Below are positions 59,314 through 64,000 of a stretch of DNA of 64,000 nucleotides, in pieces (position 1 is the first letter of the stretch; each line of letters starts with the position of its first letter). The position numbers were made by a program, and so were the translations under genes. This DNA comes from Candidatus Omnitrophota bacterium (GTDB lineage Bacteria; Omnitrophota; Gorgyraeia; Zapsychrales; Fredricksoniimonadaceae), in assembly GCA_903944345.1 (NCBI GenBank), contig CAJARJ010000009.1, positions 65,875 through 129,874 on the forward strand. The letters are read 5' to 3'. The notes below the pieces were generated by a model that was not told the DNA's origin, ran no database searches, and saw nothing but the letters and a program-made list of their open reading frames with translations.

Positions 59314-59704
59314 CCGCCTCGGCATCAGCATCCTTTCCCTTGGAGAAAAGATCATAGTCAGTTCTGTGCGCCCCGGGAGCCTGATAAACATAGGCATTGT
59401 TCCAGGGATCAAGCGGATCTTTTTCTAAATAGGGACCCTGCCAGTTTCTGGGAACAGGGGCCAGCGATGATTTCTCCCGCAATGCTCTAAGTCCCTGGGA
59501 AGTTGTCGGGAAAGATCCATTGTCAAGTTCATAAAGCTTGAGCGCCGTGGCAATATTAGTCTGGATATCGGCTTTAGCCACAGCAATCAGGGCTTGCTCC
59601 GACCGACCGGACAGACGCGGCATGATCATGGCCGCCAAAGCCCCGATTATAACTACAACCAGCATAATCTCCACCAAAGTAAAACCCTGGTCATTATTCT
59701 TCAT
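59291..59704 (-). CDS. gspG: Type II secretion major pseudopilin GspG
   Basis: GFTLVEIM, LYELDNG.FPTT.QGL.AL, WQGPYL, DPWNN.Y, DDITNW. Confidence 0.95.
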   Translation of the reverse strand: MKNNDQGFTLVEIMLVVVIIGALAAMIMPRLSGRSEQALIAVAKADIQTNIATALKLYELDNGSFPTTSQGLRALREKSSLAPVPRNWQGPYLEKDPLDPWNNAYVYQAPGAHRTDYDLFSKGKDADAEADDITNWK

Positions 59705-59717
59705 ACCCAACCTCCGG

Positions 59718-60575
59718 TTAAATGTTGTCCAATGACAAAAACGCTTTCCATCTTTTCTCCAGATCGTTCACCGATGGAAAGACCAAAGGATACGCAGTCT
59801 GGAGCGCCTGCTCAAAATCCTTGCCATCGCGCAATTCTCGCAGCAAGCGGCGAAAAGCGTCCCGTCCGTGCTTCTCCAGCATAAAAAGAACCAATGAAAG
59901 ACTCTGCGCATAAAATAATGATACTTTTGCGGTGTCCTTCTCATTAACAATATCCATTCCCGCAAGGATCGCTAACGGAATAATCTGCCCTGACGCTTCA
60001 ACCTGCTTTATTGCCTGCTGAACAATTTCTCGCTTATCGCTTTCCGCTAACTGGGCAATTCCCTCCTCAAGCCATAAAGGAACTTTGCTTGAAAACCCGA
60101 GAAAATCCCAAAGAACCAGATGGGCGATTTCATGCGGCAATGCTTCTTCCAGAAAACCGAGCTGCCCCAGCCAGGAAACGATCACCCGGCTTGAAAAAAA
60201 TTTTGAATACCGACTGGCATACGCTTTGGACCACTGCGGTTGTCCGGTAAAACGATTATAGCTGAACTGGTCTGGATATAAAACAATCCTAACCCTGCGA
60301 TCCCATGCCCAGGACTGCTGATGTCGGCTGTGACCAATATCAGAGGTAATCTTGCTGTAATACAATTCCGCCCGATCCAGAATTTGCCGGGCACTAGCCC
60401 GCTCCTGCTCGGCAGTAAACTCAACAAGAAAGTGCTCGCCCCTGACCTCCTGAAACGGCTGATTATCCCCGGCGCACGCTATCGAAAATAGCTGCGATAA
60501 AAAAAAGCACGACAGTAAAATAAAAACATGGAATCCTGACAAAATTCGGGGCAATAACGAAACTGTTCCGGTCAT
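59718..60575 (-). CDS. Exported peptidase MA-like (gluzincin) protein
   Basis: HEIAH + PLWLEEG, FYAQS; signal peptide. Confidence 0.8.
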   Translation of the reverse strand: MTGTVSLLPRILSGFHVFILLSCFFLSQLFSIACAGDNQPFQEVRGEHFLVEFTAEQERASARQILDRAELYYSKITSDIGHSRHQQSWAWDRRVRIVLYPDQFSYNRFTGQPQWSKAYASRYSKFFSSRVIVSWLGQLGFLEEALPHEIAHLVLWDFLGFSSKVPLWLEEGIAQLAESDKREIVQQAIKQVEASGQIIPLAILAGMDIVNEKDTAKVSLFYAQSLSLVLFMLEKHGRDAFRRLLRELRDGKDFEQALQTAYPLVFPSVNDLEKRWKAFLSLDNI

Positions 60576-61777
60576 TGAAAGGCGTCCATCTGAAAGATTG
60601 GCATTAACATGGCGAAAACCAGAAACCCCACCACCAGTCCAACGCCAAGAATTAAAACCGGCTCCAGCAAAGTCATAAGAACTTTTGTCGATTCGGAAAT
60701 TTCTTCTTCATAGGTATCCGCGATGTCTTCCAAAGCCCGTGCCAGCTCACCGGACTCTTCCCCGACTGCAATCAACTGAACAAAGGAGTCCGGAATATTC
60801 TCGGCAGCAGACAACGCTTGCGCAAATCCGGCGCCTCCCGCAATTTGTTGCTGACAAAGCGTCAAAGCATCGGCCAGACGTTCATTAACAACTGTTGGCC
60901 CTGCAATCTCCAAAGAACGTAAAACAGGTATTCCACTGCGCAAAAGCAGACTGGTCGTCCGGGAAAAACGTTCGAGATCAATCTTGAGAAAAAAAGTCGC
61001 AAAAAAAGGGATCCCTGACATCATCCGGAAACAAACACCTCGCAAAGAGACCACGAACGCCGGTGAACGCAACAGCACAAGAAAAAGCAAAATTGCCGGA
61101 ATGGCAAAAGGCCACAACTTGCAGGCCAAATCACTTAAACGCATCACAATCAAAGTCGGCAGTGGCAAATTGCTGCCCAAATCACGAAAAAGCACCAGAA
61201 TCCGGGGAAGAACAAAAGTGAGAATAAAAACAACTGTCACAAAACCAAGTGCCAGCATAAAAGCCGGATAAACCAAAGCAGTTCTAACCTTGGAGGCTAT
61301 CTCCTCCTGTTTTCGGTAATAAACCACAACATTGGCCAGCATTTCTTTTAACTGTCCGCTTTCCTCTCCGGCTCTGGCCATGGCAATATACAAACGGGGA
61401 AAGAAATCCGCATGTTCTGCCAGGCATGCAGAAAAAGACCGGCCATTACGGATATTCGACGCAATATCTTTCAACACCCCAACAAGTCGTATATCTTTGG
61501 TCCGCCGCAAAATCATTTCAAGCGCCTTCAACAAAGGAACTCCCGATTTCAGCAGACTAACCAGTTGTTTGGAGAACGACAGCAGACTACGGCTACCAGA
61601 AGCTGACACTTGCAGAGGAACATGAACGCTAATCCCCCCATTTTTCTCTTCAACAACAACCGGCAACAAACTCATACGGCTAACCAGATCAATAGCCTCG
61701 CGCTGATCCGTCGCCAGAATTTCTCCCAAAACGGTTTCCCCGCTATCTTTCTTTGCTTTATAGGAAAAAAGCGGCAT
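60572..61777 (-). CDS. gspF: Type II secretion/pilus platform protein GspF/PilC
   Basis: Two AGEESG/VGEESG repeats, ALVYP, LLEP. Confidence 0.93.
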   Translation of the reverse strand: MPLFSYKAKKDSGETVLGEILATDQREAIDLVSRMSLLPVVVEEKNGGISVHVPLQVSASGSRSLLSFSKQLVSLLKSGVPLLKALEMILRRTKDIRLVGVLKDIASNIRNGRSFSACLAEHADFFPRLYIAMARAGEESGQLKEMLANVVVYYRKQEEIASKVRTALVYPAFMLALGFVTVVFILTFVLPRILVLFRDLGSNLPLPTLIVMRLSDLACKLWPFAIPAILLFLVLLRSPAFVVSLRGVCFRMMSGIPFFATFFLKIDLERFSRTTSLLLRSGIPVLRSLEIAGPTVVNERLADALTLCQQQIAGGAGFAQALSAAENIPDSFVQLIAVGEESGELARALEDIADTYEEEISESTKVLMTLLEPVLILGVGLVVGFLVFAMLMPIFQMDAFQ

Positions 61778-61780
61778 TGC

Positions 61781-63514
61781 TCAAACCTCCGGAAGAATTT
61801 CCTTGAGCGTTACATTCAGGACCTCTACCGGCGTAGTGACCCCGGAAAGGACATTTTGCCAACCATCCTGTCTTAATGTCCGCATACCTTTAGTGACGGC
61901 CATACGCTTAATATCCTCCGCCCTTGGCTTATCCAGAATAACAGAACGAATATCGGAATCCAATTCCAGAACTTCATAAATGGCTGTCCGGCCATAATAC
62001 CCGGTAGAGTTGCAATAATCACACCCCCGGCCACGAAAAATCTTGACAGTCTGAGTTCCCGATAATCCCAGGCTAAGAGTTATTTCGCGACGAATATCAA
62101 CCAGCGGATCCTCGTCTTCCTGCTTGCAATGCGGGCAAATAACTCGCACCAGCCGTTGGGCAATAAAAGCTTGCACGCTTGATGCCACCAGATACGGTTC
62201 CACTCCCATATCAACAAGACGGGTCACCGCGCTGGCGGCGTCATTAGTGTGAAGTGACGAAAAAACCAGATGCCCCGTCAAAGCTGTCCGGATAGCAATA
62301 TCTGCCGTTTCACGGTCACGAACCTCCCCCACCATCAGGATGTCCGGATCATGACGAAGAATGCTACGCAACCCTGTTGCAAAGCCAAAACCGACATGTG
62401 TGTTAACCTGAATCTGAGTTAACCCCTCCATCTCGTATTCAATAGGATCTTCGATTGTAATAATCTTGCGTGCCGGATCGTTAATCTCATGCAAGCAGGC
62501 ATATAACGTTGTCGTTTTTCCGCTACCGGTAGGCCCAGTCACAAAAATAACCCCATGAGGACGACGAATTAATTCCCTGAATTTCAACGCATTTTCAACG
62601 TTAAACCCCAACTTTTCCAAATCCAGCAGGGTCGAGGCAACAGGAAGAAGACGGATCACCATACTCTCCCCGTGTGGAGTAGGAATAGTGGAGACGCGTA
62701 AATCGAGTGTCTGGTCTTTAACCCGAACCACCGCACTGCCGTCCTGTGGGAGACGTTTCTCGGTAATGGTCAAATTGGCCATAATCTTTATTCTGGAGAT
62801 AATCGGAGATAAAAAATGTCTGGCTTCTGGAGGAAGATTGGCGTCCAGCAAAACGCCGTCTATCCGGTAACGAAAACGAACCCGGTTTCGATAAGGTTCA
62901 ATATGAATATCCGTTGCCCTTTTCTGGTAGGCTTCAAGAATAATCTGGTTGACCAATCGTGTAACAGAAGGATCATCCGTTTGCTTTTCTATATCTTCTA
63001 TGCGCTCCGAGGTTTCTTCCAACCTGCGGTGAAGGTTTCCCCCGCTGGTCATAATCTGATCAATCGTCTCGGAGGCCAGACCATAATACTTCTTTAAAGC
63101 CTCATCAATATCCCAGGTCGAGGCCAGAACAAAGCGCGGCTCAAGCCCCAGATGTGCCCGGATATCGTCCTGACTATTAATATCCAGCGGCTCAGCGACC
63201 GCCATTGTGAGGCGATGATCTTCTATCGAAACAGGCATAAAGCGATAATACGATGCGAACTTCACCGGAACGCGATCAACAATCGCGCGGTCAATGTTCA
63301 AAGCCTTTAAACTGACAACCGGAATTGAAAGTTTTTCAGAAAGGACTCTCAGAACATCCCTGGAATCAAGAACACCCTGCTGAACAAGATAACAGCTGAG
63401 TCGCTGATCAAGCCGTGAAGCCTCTGCACTGTACTGGCTTAAAAGAGCCTCATCGATTAAGGCCCCATCCAATAATGCCGCGACAACCGCCTTGTTGACC
63501 GGCAGCTTTAACAT
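61781..63514 (-). CDS. gspE: GspE/PilB assembly ATPase
   Basis: ATDIHIEP, GPTGSGKTTT, LRHDPD, TGHLVFSSLHTN, CPHC/CDYC zinc motif. Confidence 0.95.
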   Translation of the reverse strand: MLKLPVNKAVVAALLDGALIDEALLSQYSAEASRLDQRLSCYLVQQGVLDSRDVLRVLSEKLSIPVVSLKALNIDRAIVDRVPVKFASYYRFMPVSIEDHRLTMAVAEPLDINSQDDIRAHLGLEPRFVLASTWDIDEALKKYYGLASETIDQIMTSGGNLHRRLEETSERIEDIEKQTDDPSVTRLVNQIILEAYQKRATDIHIEPYRNRVRFRYRIDGVLLDANLPPEARHFLSPIISRIKIMANLTITEKRLPQDGSAVVRVKDQTLDLRVSTIPTPHGESMVIRLLPVASTLLDLEKLGFNVENALKFRELIRRPHGVIFVTGPTGSGKTTTLYACLHEINDPARKIITIEDPIEYEMEGLTQIQVNTHVGFGFATGLRSILRHDPDILMVGEVRDRETADIAIRTALTGHLVFSSLHTNDAASAVTRLVDMGVEPYLVASSVQAFIAQRLVRVICPHCKQEDEDPLVDIRREITLSLGLSGTQTVKIFRGRGCDYCNSTGYYGRTAIYEVLELDSDIRSVILDKPRAEDIKRMAVTKGMRTLRQDGWQNVLSGVTTPVEVLNVTLKEILPEV

Positions 63515-63515
63515 A

Positions 63516-64000
<485 letters not shown>

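Overview
Bacterial chromosomal window. The gene complement (PFOR plus ADP-forming acetate-CoA ligase, T2SS/type-IV-pilus-like cluster behind a divergent F1 beta subunit, STT3) suggests an anaerobe, possibly Omnitrophota/PVC; this is inference only. Four blocks: (1) 1-7.2 kb, a partner-switching/glycogen operon (AGE-family epimerase, STAS, glgX, STAS, fused RsbW-kinase/cNMP/PP2C protein, PfpI) resembling the Synechocystis icfG cluster, with a divergent Rrf2 regulator. (2) ~9.6-29.2 kb, an all-minus-strand accessory region downstream of tRNA-Ser(GGA): FixJ/StyR-type two-component system, Mla/Pqi transporter, archaeal-type orphan DnaK, GGDEF protein, a glycolipid-like operon of fused enzymes and a BON protein. 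Four promoters in it share a 7-2-7 palindrome (TTGTACC-N2-GGTACAA) abutting the -35. (3) 29.3-49.6 kb, core metabolism (nifJ, acetate-CoA ligase, purU, serS, transketolase) and three tRNA-Ser genes, two of which share a promoter and a structured 3' trailer element. (4) 49.9-64 kb, STT3 and GT-C glycosyltransferases, tRNA-Ala(CGC) and a gspE/F/G/I/J/K-PilMN-PilO operon directly behind a divergent atpD. No CRISPR, integrase or transposase was seen. Start codons were adjusted by eye where an RBS or gene overlap favoured a shorter ORF.
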